A stretch of 64,000 nucleotides of DNA from an uncultured Planctomycetota bacterium (GTDB lineage Bacteria > Planctomycetota > Planctomycetia > Isosphaerales > Isosphaeraceae), in NCBI GenBank assembly GCA_963823665.1, contig CAWGMQ010000010.1, positions 64,001 to 128,000 on the forward strand, written 5' to 3'. Below the pieces are notes generated by a model. That model did no database searches and was not told the origin of the DNA. It saw nothing but the letters and a program-made list of their open reading frames with translations. Below, piece by piece: positions 48,653 to 58,600 of this stretch (positions within the stretch are counted from its first letter, which is position 1; each line of letters starts with the position of its first letter). The position numbers and the translations under genes were made by a program.

Positions 48653-51600
48653 TCATTTCAGCGTCGTCGTGTAATTCATCCCGCCATCGAGCGGGCGCCC
48701 TAGCAGATCGAACAAACCTGCCGCGTTGACCGTCAGCTTGACCGGCGGGTTCAGCACCAGCGCCTTGCGCGTCGTGAGCGTCACCGTTGTGGCGCTCGCC
48801 GTGTAGCTCGCACTCGTCAGAGCGACTGCTGCCGGCTTTTGCTTCTTCTTCGCCGGCACCGTCACCAGGCTGTACTCATTGATGTTCTGCGCGTCGGCCA
48901 TGTTCAGCCCGCCGCTGAACTGCACCACGATCACCTCGACTGACTTCTTCTTGACCTTGGTCTTCTGGATGGAAACTCGCTCGACGGTGACGAGCGCCGG
49001 GTTCACTGTGAGCTGACCGGAGACGAAATCCGCCGGCGGGAACGTGTAGTTCGCGGCCGCGAGCGTGCCGGCGCTCGACACCATGATCGTGTACACGCCC
49101 GCCGCGGTCGACGACGTGACGGTCGGCGAGGTCGCCAGCACGGGCGCTCCCAGCACCACGCTCGCCGGGTCGCTGTTCACAAACCCGGTGATCACAAATG
49201 CCGAGGGCCCCGTCAAGCTCGGCACCGGCCCGCCCTGAGACATCGAGGCGTTCTGCGCTGTCACGAAAAGCGGCGCCGGCTTGACCGAGAGCATTCCGTT
49301 GGCCGTCGTGAACGTGTAGTTGTCGGCCGAGAGCGTTCCCGAGTTGACCGTGATCGGATACGGTCCGCCTGCGACACCACTTCGCGAGGTGGCCGTTGTT
49401 GAGAGCACCGGCGCTCCACTGACGACGCTCGCATCATCGCCGGCGACGAATCCCGTGATCTGGTACGCGGAGGGAAGATTCAAATTGGGCACGGTCGAGC
49501 CGTAGAGCATCGACGTGTTCTGCGCCGTGACCACAAGCTGCGCGGGGGTGACTGTCAGCTCGCCGTCGAAGACATTTTCATCATCGAACGCGTAGTTCGA
49601 GTTCGAGATCGAAACGCTGCTGACATCCACGACGATCGGATATGTGCCGACCGGGCTTGCCGACGTCGCGGTCGTCGTGACGAAAGGGTCGCCGGTGAGG
49701 ATGCTCTGGTCATCGTCATTCACAAATCCTTCGACCTCATAATCATTGCTCACGTCGGGAACCGGATCGCCATAGACCATGGAGATAGGCCCGGCCGAGA
49801 CCGAGAGAATCACCGGTGTGACCAACAGCAAGCCCGGCAGAAACGTGAACGTGTAATTTGCGGCGTTCAGCGTGCCCTGCGCGATCGTGATGGGATAGCC
49901 GGAATTGCCGTTGTCCAGAACCGGGCTCATGGATGTCGCGGTCGTGGTGAGCTGCGGCGCTCCGGTGAGCACCGTGTCTGTCTCGTTATTGACAAATCCG
50001 CTGAACGAATACGTCAGGTCCGGTAGCGTGGTCGAGCCGTAAGTCATCGAGCCGTCGTCTGCGGTCACGGTCAATTGGGCAGGTGCAACGCTGACGTGCT
50101 GTGTGGTCACCTGGTCCGCGACCTCCTGCACCATGTTGTATCCCGAGTTGGCGATGAACACGTCGCCCGCGCGGTCCACGGCGATCCCGTCCGAATCGCT
50201 GAAGAAGACGCCAAAAGGCGATCCTGTGTACGTGGGACTGCCGGAGCCGAAGGTACTGCCGGCGAACGCGCTGGTGGCATGAGTCCCGGCGTGAATCTCG
50301 TAAACAAGTGAATTGCCGGCGCAGACAAAGACGTTTCCCGTGGCGTCGACAGCAATGGCAGACGTGCCATCGTAGTTTCCGCTGCCGATCGCAATGATCA
50401 CGCCGGGCGCGGCCGCGCTGACCTCGCAGACAGAAGCGTCGCCATTGTTCGCGATGAAGAGGTCGCCCGCCGCATCGACCGCCACCCCTGCGGGGTCGAA
50501 CAGTCCACCCGACGGCGGGCCATCGTCACCGGAGGCACGAGGCGTGCCGGCAACGGTATTGATGATGCCCGTGGCGGCGCTCACTTCGCGAATCACGTAG
50601 TTATAGGTGTCGGCAATGAAAAGATCGCCGGCGGCATCCACGGCCAGTCCCTCGGGCCCATCGAGCTTGGCAGATGCCGCAGCACCGCCGTCTCCGGAGA
50701 ATCCGCCCTGGCCGTCGATGCCGGCGAAGGTGCTCTCTGTGCCGTCAGAAAGCAGGCCGTCCGGCCCGGGAGCGACCTTCATGACGTAGTCGTCAAGAGA
50801 GAATGAGATGAAGAGATCTCCCGAGGAGTCCACCGCAAGCCCGTACATGTCGTTAACAAGCCCGCTCACGACCGTGGTAATCGTGCCGGTCGCGGCACTG
50901 ATCTCGCGAATCTCGCCGTTGTAGGTGTCGGCAATGAAAAGATCGCCGGCCGAGTCAGTCGCCAGCCCGCGCGGACCATAAAGCGTGGCCTTGACCGCCG
51001 GCCCGCCATCGCCGCCGCTACCCTGATTGTCGTAGCCTTGCCCGGCCACCGTGTGGATGACTGCCGCGGCCGGCCCGGTCGAAGTACTCGGCCCATACGT
51101 GGGGGAGCCGCCATACGAGGCAAAGACAGAGTCGTTCCCGGCCGGAAGCAACATTGTTGAGAATGTCGCCATGCCGGTGACGAGCTCGGCCGTCCCGATC
51201 GTCTGGCTCCCGAGGATAAAGCTGACCATTCCGCCCGCGGGCGTGGTGGCGCCGGCCGGATTGGTCGTGACGGTGGCTGTAAAGGTTTCCTGGTCGCCGT
51301 AATTGATCGAGGCCGCCGAGAGCGCCAGCGTCGTGAGCGTGGGCGTTGAACCCATCGCAGCCGCGATCGTGAGCGTGCCTTCAACCGGTTTGGTCAGCGC
51401 GTAATTCATGTTGGCCAGCGTTCCCATGCTGGAAAACTGGATCGGGTATTGTCCTGCCATACTCGAGTCGACAGCCGAGGTTGCCGCAACCGGGAAAGCA
51501 CTGAAGACGCTGGCCTCCGTGTCGCCATTGACAAATTCGTCCGCCGGAATCGTGTAAGTGAACACCGGCAGTGGCGCGCCCACCGAGATCGACTGGTCGT

Positions 51601-53116
51601 CGGCCGTGAGCGTCAAGGGAGCTGGCGTGACGGTGACCGTCAGGGGCGGGTTCGTGAACACTTTGCGGACTCTTCCACTTCCCGGTCCGCCGATGAACAC
51701 GGTGCCGTTGCGGGCCACGGCGACGGCTTGCGGCTCATCGAGCCTTGCGGACGTCGCCGGGCCGCCGTCCCCAAGGTCTCCCAAAACGCCATTACCCGCG
51801 ACTGTCGTGACCGTCCCGTCATTCAAGCGCAGGTCCAGTCCGGGTGTCAGCTCACGGACGACGTTGCCGTTGAATTCAGCGACGAACATGTCACCGGACG
51901 AATCGAACGCTACCGATCTCGGACCAGAAAGGCTCACGTCGAGGGCTTCGAGGGGTTGTGTAAGCGAGGTTGCACTGCCGCCGCCCACAGCGGTCGTGAT
52001 GATTCCGTCGGTGAGCAGGCCATCGCTCGCGGGCGTCACCTCGCGAATCCGGTCATTGAAGTAATCTGCTATGAATAGATCACCTTGTGAGTCGAGCGCG
52101 AGACCGTAAGGACCGTTGAGCGAAGCCTGCTTTGCGCTAAATCCATCGCCGGAGAATGCGCCCCGGCCATTGCCGGCCACGAGCGTGATCACGCCGGTCG
52201 AGAGGATGACCTCACGGACCATGTTATTGCCAGTGTCGGCGATGAACAGGTCTCCGCGCGAGTCGACGGCGACACCGGAGGGGTCCTGAAGCCTTGCGCT
52301 CGTTGCGGCGATGCCGTTGCCGTTGAATCCCGCCGTTCCCGTGCCGGCAACCGTCTTGATCAAGCCGTCGGGTGTCACTTCACGGACGACGTTATTGCCT
52401 GTATCGGCGATGAAGATATCGCCCTGGCTGTCAACGGCGATCCCTTCCGGATTAAGTAGCTTAGCCGCCAAGGCAGATCCTTGAAAGCTCGGGGAAGCCT
52501 GGGAGCCGCCGCCTGCGACCGTCGTGGTGTCGATGCCTGGACCGTTTATTACGCTATCGAATGCGTCCTCGACAACGACGCCGCGACTATCGTCGGCGAC
52601 GAAAAGGTCGCCGGCATTGTCTAATGCCATCGCCGAGGCGCCTATGAGTTGGCCGCTATCCAGCACCTCCGTGATGACGGCCGCACCGCTCGTGGTATCG
52701 CTCGGGGCGTAGCTCGAGCTGCCGCTGTAACTGGCCGTGAGCGTGTCTTTTCCCGCCGGCAGTACCGGCGTAACGAATACTGCCTGGCCGTTCGTCAAGT
52801 TCTCTGTGCCGAGCGTGATATCTCCAAACTCAAAACTCACCGTTCCGCCGGTCGGATTCGTGTCGCTCGGTGGATCGGTCGTCACCACGGCGTCCAGCCT
52901 TTCCTCCTGGCCGTACGTCAGCGTGGTGTACAGTGGAATGAGCGTGATGATCGTCGGAGTCAGGTCCGCAAGCAGCCTCCGCGGCTCGAGAGCCACGATC
53001 GCCGGCGTCGCTCTTCTCCATGACGGCCTCCGCGCACTGTGCCTTCTGGACCTTTCCCGCAAGCTGCGCGCCCTTGTGCCCGATACCAATCGAACCAGAC
53101 CAGGAATGGTGATCAT
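48653..53116 (-). CDS. Large secreted protein: LExR leader, Ig-like (Big_3), NHL beta-propeller repeats, MBG domains, Lys-rich C-terminal domain
   Basis: ALEPRRLLA; TPTLTTLALS...GGMVSF...ASYGG; repeated P.G.AVD..GDLFIADT.N..(V/I)REV; repeated VTPA.L.VTA...YG..P.L.Y..GFVN.D. Confidence 0.9.
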   Translation of the reverse strand: MITIPGLVRLVSGTRARSLRERSRRHSARRPSWRRATPAIVALEPRRLLADLTPTIITLIPLYTTLTYGQEERLDAVVTTDPPSDTNPTGGTVSFEFGDITLGTENLTNGQAVFVTPVLPAGKDTLTASYSGSSSYAPSDTTSGAAVITEVLDSGQLIGASAMALDNAGDLFVADDSRGVVVEDAFDSVINGPGIDTTTVAGGGSQASPSFQGSALAAKLLNPEGIAVDSQGDIFIADTGNNVVREVTPDGLIKTVAGTGTAGFNGNGIAATSARLQDPSGVAVDSRGDLFIADTGNNMVREVILSTGVITLVAGNGRGAFSGDGFSAKQASLNGPYGLALDSQGDLFIADYFNDRIREVTPASDGLLTDGIITTAVGGGSATSLTQPLEALDVSLSGPRSVAFDSSGDMFVAEFNGNVVRELTPGLDLRLNDGTVTTVAGNGVLGDLGDGGPATSARLDEPQAVAVARNGTVFIGGPGSGRVRKVFTNPPLTVTVTPAPLTLTADDQSISVGAPLPVFTYTIPADEFVNGDTEASVFSAFPVAATSAVDSSMAGQYPIQFSSMGTLANMNYALTKPVEGTLTIAAAMGSTPTLTTLALSAASINYGDQETFTATVTTNPAGATTPAGGMVSFILGSQTIGTAELVTGMATFSTMLLPAGNDSVFASYGGSPTYGPSTSTGPAAAVIHTVAGQGYDNQGSGGDGGPAVKATLYGPRGLATDSAGDLFIADTYNGEIREISAATGTITTVVSGLVNDMYGLAVDSSGDLFISFSLDDYVMKVAPGPDGLLSDGTESTFAGIDGQGGFSGDGGAAASAKLDGPEGLAVDAAGDLFIADTYNYVIREVSAATGIINTVAGTPRASGDDGPPSGGLFDPAGVAVDAAGDLFIANNGDASVCEVSAAAPGVIIAIGSGNYDGTSAIAVDATGNVFVCAGNSLVYEIHAGTHATSAFAGSTFGSGSPTYTGSPFGVFFSDSDGIAVDRAGDVFIANSGYNMVQEVADQVTTQHVSVAPAQLTVTADDGSMTYGSTTLPDLTYSFSGFVNNETDTVLTGAPQLTTTATSMSPVLDNGNSGYPITIAQGTLNAANYTFTFLPGLLLVTPVILSVSAGPISMVYGDPVPDVSNDYEVEGFVNDDDQSILTGDPFVTTTATSASPVGTYPIVVDVSSVSISNSNYAFDDENVFDGELTVTPAQLVVTAQNTSMLYGSTVPNLNLPSAYQITGFVAGDDASVVSGAPVLSTTATSRSGVAGGPYPITVNSGTLSADNYTFTTANGMLSVKPAPLFVTAQNASMSQGGPVPSLTGPSAFVITGFVNSDPASVVLGAPVLATSPTVTSSTAAGVYTIMVSSAGTLAAANYTFPPADFVSGQLTVNPALVTVERVSIQKTKVKKKSVEVIVVQFSGGLNMADAQNINEYSLVTVPAKKKQKPAAVALTSASYTASATTVTLTTRKALVLNPPVKLTVNAAGLFDLLGRPLDGGMNYTTTLK

Positions 53117-53147
53117 GGTGCGTTCTTCCTCAATGAGGCGTGGTTGA

Positions 53148-54983
53148 TCAGCCCTGAGCCAGCCGAGCCGCGCTCGTGACCGTGACTCCCGATTTCGCCA
53201 GTACGGCCGAGAAGTTCATTCCGCCATCGAGCGGGTCGCCTGCCGAATCCAGAAGCCCGCTCGCCTTCACCGTCAGCTTGATCGGGCTCGAAAGCACAAG
53301 CGCCTTGCGTGTCGTCAGGGTGACGGTGAGCGCCGTGGGGTTGTAGCTCGCCTTGGCCAGCGCGATCACCTTGCCCTTCTGCCGTTTCGACTTCGGGGTC
53401 GTGACCAGGCTATAAACGCCGATCGTCTGCGCATCCGCCGCGTTGAGCGCCTCGTTGAATTGTAGCACGATCGCTTCCGACGTCTTGTGCTTTCCCACCT
53501 TGATCTTTTCGAGCGCAACCGATTCGACCTGGGTTGTTGTCGTCGAGCCGCCCCCGCCGCCCCCGCCGCCCCCTCCGGAGCCGGCCTGCGAGACCAGGAT
53601 CGTCTGGCCGCCGCCCGCCGGGGTGACCATGCGAATCACACTGTTGTCGCTGTCGGCGATCAGCAGGTTTCCATTCGGACTCATCGAGACGCCCTCCGGA
53701 TAGCTGAGCTCCGCGAGCGCGGCCGGTCCGCCGTCTCCGGAATCGCCCTCACCGCCCGTCCCGGCGATCGTGCTCAGCTCATCCGTGGCGAGGTTCACCT
53801 TGCGGATCACATTGGCCGCGCTGTCGGCGATGTACAGGTTTCCCTCGTTGTCCAGTGCAAGGCCCTGTTCTTCGCCGTTAATCAGGACGCCGGTGGCCGG
53901 CCCGCTAAAAGTGGGCGAAGCATCAGTGCCTCCGCCGGCGATGGTCGTGATGTCGCCCGTAATGGCGCTGACTTCGCGGATCAATCCGTTGCCCGAGTCG
54001 GCGATGAAGACGTCCCCGGTTGCGTCCACGGCCACGTTGCTCGGCATGAAAAGCTCGGCGCTCGTGGCCGGCCCGCCATCCCCGGAATAACCCCTGGCGC
54101 CGTCGCCCGCGACGACCGACACGTCGCCGGTCGCGGCGTTCAGCTCGAATACCTTGTTGGCATTGTTGCTGGCAAAGAAGAGGTTGCCGTGTGCATCCAC
54201 AGTAACCCCGTCGGCAGTCAGGTAAGGCGACGGGCTTGCGCCGCCCGTCTCGACCGTCGTGGCCTGGTCCGTCGCGAGATTGACTCGGTAGATTTCGCTG
54301 TTGGCGGCGACATAGGCGTCTCCGCCGAACAGTGCGACGCCCGTGACGCCTTCTCCCATGTCCAGTCCCGTCGCCGGCCCGCTGTAAACCGCGGCCGTGC
54401 TGCTGCCATCGCCGGCGAGCACGCTGAACTTGCCGCCTTTCTCCATGACCACATCCGTCTCGAACGCATAGGAGACCGCGATGTAAAGCGTGCCGGTCGA
54501 GTCTTCCACGACTGTATTCGGCGGGGCCGAGAGGCTCTCCATCCGTGTAACGGTCGAAATCGTCGGCACCCCGGTCGCAGACGTGCTGCCGGTAAACGCG
54601 CTCGTGCCGCCATAATTCGCCGTGACCAGATGCGAGCCAACCGAGAGCGAGGTCGTCGCGAACGTCGCCGTCCCGTGGTCCAGCGGCGCTGTACCAAGCC
54701 GGGTTGACCCGTCCATGAAGCTCACCGTGCCGCCGGAGGGCGTCGTGCTGCTCGGCGGGTCCGTGGTCACCGTCGCCGTCAACACCTCCTTCTGGCCATA
54801 CGTGAGCGAGGCGGACGAGAGCGCCAGGCTGGTGGTCGTCGCGGTCGAGAGCACCACTCGCTCCTCGAGCGCCGCGACCTTGGGCTCGATCCGGCGACTC
54901 GATCGTCGCGCACCAACGTAGCTTCGTCTGAATTGAGCCGCGCCACACGACAGCGTGCGTATCCCCGAACGGTTCTCGTCCAA
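53148..54983 (-). CDS. Secreted Ig-like + NHL-repeat protein with Lys-rich C-terminal domain (true start may be ATG 54993 via a frameshift)
   Basis: ALEERVVLS leader, Big_3-like domain, NHL repeats (PSNVAVDATGDVFIADSGN), poly-Gly linker, and a tail homologous to that of 48653..53116. Confidence 0.88.
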   Translation of the reverse strand: MDENRSGIRTLSCGAAQFRRSYVGARRSSRRIEPKVAALEERVVLSTATTTSLALSSASLTYGQKEVLTATVTTDPPSSTTPSGGTVSFMDGSTRLGTAPLDHGTATFATTSLSVGSHLVTANYGGTSAFTGSTSATGVPTISTVTRMESLSAPPNTVVEDSTGTLYIAVSYAFETDVVMEKGGKFSVLAGDGSSTAAVYSGPATGLDMGEGVTGVALFGGDAYVAANSEIYRVNLATDQATTVETGGASPSPYLTADGVTVDAHGNLFFASNNANKVFELNAATGDVSVVAGDGARGYSGDGGPATSAELFMPSNVAVDATGDVFIADSGNGLIREVSAITGDITTIAGGGTDASPTFSGPATGVLINGEEQGLALDNEGNLYIADSAANVIRKVNLATDELSTIAGTGGEGDSGDGGPAALAELSYPEGVSMSPNGNLLIADSDNSVIRMVTPAGGGQTILVSQAGSGGGGGGGGGGSTTTTQVESVALEKIKVGKHKTSEAIVLQFNEALNAADAQTIGVYSLVTTPKSKRQKGKVIALAKASYNPTALTVTLTTRKALVLSSPIKLTVKASGLLDSAGDPLDGGMNFSAVLAKSGVTVTSAARLAQG

Positions 54984-55202
54984 GAATAGTCATCGAACAG
55001 CCCCCAACGTAGGTGACGCGCGGTGGATCAACGCCGTTGCGGCGAACCGGCGATCGAAACCGTTTGAAGCAATGGAAGATGCGTCGTTAGCTTGATCGCA
55101 ATGCGTCGCGCAAAGATCCCCTCTATTTCACGAGGCTCCAAACGGCGGAGCTTTGAGCCAGCGTTCCGCAAAAAATATTTTCCGGCCCGGCCTGTCTCAC
55201 CG

Positions 55203-55604
55203 TCAGCCGGGCCCAATTTTGCGCGCAACTCGCGCCGCGAATCGGTCCACACGGATGACCTGAAGCTTGTGAAGCCCTCGGGCGATCAGTTCATGGTCGT
55301 CATGTGCCTCGAGGTGAAAAGAAATGGCCGTTCCCTCGGCCCGTACGACACGGGCGCGGCAGGTAACCGCCTGCCCAACCGGCGTGGGGGCCGAATGCCG
55401 AACTTCGACGAAAGTTCCCACCGTGCTCTCACCCGGTTCCAGAAACGGTAGGACCGCCTGTCGCGCCGCATGCTCGAGAAACCAGATCAGCCACGGTGTG
55501 GAGAGCACCGCCGGCATCGCGCTGTCCGCGAAGTCAATCGCGTGACTGAGCTCGACCACGAATCGCAGCTCGCCCGTCGTGCCGGCCTTCGGGCTTCCTT
55601 TCAT
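55203..55604 (-). CDS. Fluoroacetyl-CoA thioesterase (FlK)-like hot-dog-fold thioesterase
   Basis: VLSTPWLIWFLEHAA...TVGTFVEVRHSAPTPVG motif. Has its own AAGGAG RBS before ATG 55604, although it is in frame with the upstream giant ORF. Confidence 0.85.
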   Translation of the reverse strand: MKGSPKAGTTGELRFVVELSHAIDFADSAMPAVLSTPWLIWFLEHAARQAVLPFLEPGESTVGTFVEVRHSAPTPVGQAVTCRARVVRAEGTAISFHLEAHDDHELIARGLHKLQVIRVDRFAARVARKIGPG

Positions 55605-55607
55605 CGC

Positions 55608-58600
55608 GTCTCCTTGATCAAGGCCCCATTTGCGCTGCGCCCCGCCATGGCCGCGGGCCGCCTTCACTTTGACGGTCTCGTTGATCGTGCCCGTGCCATC
55701 CTGACTGTCGGTCACGATGACCGAGATCCGGAACGAACCGGCGGAAGTCGGTGTCCCGCTCAGGATACCGGCGGATGACAACTTCAGCCAACTGGGTAAG
55801 CTCGCAGCGGTGAATGTGTAGCCTCCGCCCGAGCCGCCGGATGCGGTCAGTCTCGCGGTATACGACTTGCCGACGGTGCCCGCCGCGACAGTCTTGGGGC
55901 CGAGTTTCAGCGGCGGATCGATCTTCAGCGGATACGTGGCGCCCGCGGAGTCATCGCTGCTGTCGGTCACCGTGACCGTGATTTTAACTTGCCCTTTCAC
56001 CTTGGCCGGCGTCGTGCCGCTGAGCACGCCGCTGCTTGAAAGATGGAGCCAGCTCGGTAAGCCGGTTGCCGTGAATGCGTAGCCTCCGCCGGAGCCGCCC
56101 GAGGCGCCGAGCGTCTGGCTGAATGCGGTTTTCTCGGTGGCCGCGTGGAGCGAGCCGGGTTGAATCGCCAAAGCTGGCGGCGAATTGACGGTGAGGTGAT
56201 AAAGGAGGCTGCCGCTGTCGCCGGCGGCATCCGAAGCCGTGACGGTGAATGAGTAGTTGCCGGCCTTGGTGGGCGTGCCGCGGAGGGCGCCGGCGATGCT
56301 CAGAGTCAAATTCGGCGGCAAGTTGCTGCCTGGCGCTAGCGAAAACGCGTACGCGCCGGTGCCGCCGGCGGCTGTGATGTTCACTGCGTAGGGAATCGTC
56401 GCAGTGGCGGCCGATAGAAACGGCGGGCTGAACGTGAGCGGCGTGAAGTACGTGAACACATCGCCGGGCCGGTTGATCAGCGAAGTGTCCCCCGCCACCG
56501 TTACGGTCACGTCCACCGCCCCGACCATGGTGACGGACGGGCTCGTGACCTCAATCGTGGAGCCGTCGTCGCTGATGATCGTCGCCGGGTTGTTGGGCCC
56601 GAAATCGACGCGGGCTGAGTCAGGGTCGCCCAAGTCGCTCCCCGTGATCGTCACCTCCGTGCCGCCGGCCGTGGGGCCGGTGGGCGGACTGACCTCCAGG
56701 ACAACCGGCCCATTGCCGCCATCGATCGTCAAGGTATAGCTTTTCGTGTCCGTGGAGCCGACGGTATCAGTGGCCGTCGCGCTAAAGGTGACTGTTCCCG
56801 TAGCCAGCGGCCTGCCGGAGATGTCGAGCTCGTTGGTGCCGGTGGCGATCATCACGCCGTTGGGGACGGCGCCGGAAGTGACGGTATAGGTCACGTTGAT
56901 GTCGCCGTTGCCGCCGCTGGCGGTGATGGCAAAGCTGTAATTCTGGCCGGCCTGGCCCGTGGTTGGCTGGGCGGGGTTGAGACTCACGCCGGCGTAATTG
57001 ATCAGGCCCGATATCAGAAGGTTGGCGTTGGGAGAACCGAGGCCGACGACTTCGTTGTAGTTGCCAGGATCGGTGAGCTGCGCGTTGGGAGCGCCGTTGG
57101 CGCCCATGATGTTCTTGTGCCAATCTGCGGCAGGCAGGCTGTAAAGGGCCCGGAGGGTCTCCTGGTCGGCGTTGGGCTGATTGGGGTTGCTGGGGGTGTT
57201 GAGCGCGGCCTTGCCCTCGGCCTCGCGTCCCTGATTCACGAGAGCGATCAAGCCCGCCCAGCAGGGCGCCCCCAAGCTATCGCCGCCGACATTGTTGAGG
57301 GGCGAGTTAAAGCCCCGGCTGTTGAACGAGTCTAGCTCCGTCACGCCCGTGTGGGGGTCGCCGACGAACGTCACGTCGGGACCGGTTCGTTGGCCGGTCG
57401 ATTGCACATTTGCCTGGTAAGAAGGCTGTTGCTCGAACACACTGACTCCGCCGCCGCTCCCGGCCCAGGCCAATTCACTGTCATACGCATTGTACTGGTC
57501 CAGGTACAGGCTCGTGCCGCTGACGGAGACGACGTTTGGGGAGTAGGCGGGGTAGCCGCTGGGCGCTCCGTCGTCGCCCGAGCTTGCGACGAACGTCACT
57601 CCATTCTTGTTCAGATCGATGTCGTCAGACAATTCTCCGCTGAACTCGGCCTGGTACAAAATGCTGGAGCCGATCGACTCGGGTCCGCCGAAGCTCATCG
57701 ACACCACGGAGACTCCCGGGAGGCTGCTTGCCGCGGTAACACCGGACAACATATCGATCAAACCGGCACTAGTCGTCTCGACTAAGTCAATTCTGGCCCC
57801 TGGGGCCATGGCGTGGGCCCATTCGACGTCGAGGGCTTCTTCCCCTTCCCAGCCGCCGGAGGGGTCGATCGGAACGTTAGTGGCGGTGGGGTTGATGACG
57901 TTGCCGTTCTGGTTAAACACCGTGAAACCAGGCGGGGCGGGAATGCCGTACGTCGTATCGAATGCGGTCAGGTCCGCCACGATGGTCGGGTCGTTGAACG
58001 CGTCGACGATGGCAATCGTCTGGCCGGCCCCGGTCTCGGAAACCTGGTTGATTCCATACGCGGAGCGGATCTGCGCCGGGCTGTAACTGAGGTGGAAATT
58101 TCCCGAGAGACCGTCCAGGCCGCCGCTTGAGCCTTCGAGGTCGGTGAAAGGCTCGCCGTTGTCGATCTGGACAGAAGAGAACATCGCCGAGCCGAAGTTC
58201 AGGTCGGCCTGGGCGATCGGGCCGAGATATTGATTGAAGGTGCCCAGGTTTGCATTCGCCACGGAGTTGGCGGCAAGGGTCACGGACCCGCCAAAATTTG
58301 GGTCGACGTTGCCGTTGGCGTCTTGGGCGACCACATAAACCGGGTACGGGAAAGCGACGCCGCCACTGGCGGAGGGGAGCACGGGCGAGACAACGAGCTG
58401 GGTGGCTGGCCCGGCGGGGCTGTTCGCGGTTGTAGCCCCGGAGACAGCAGGAAATGCTGGTAGCACAACCATGCCGCCATTGCCCGGTCCTCCGGGATTG
58501 CCCGGTTTTCCGGCCTTGGGGGTGCCGAGAGGTCCCACATTTCCGGGCATTCCCCCAGCTCCAGCGGCCATGCCGGGATTTCCGGCAGTTAAATTGCCGA

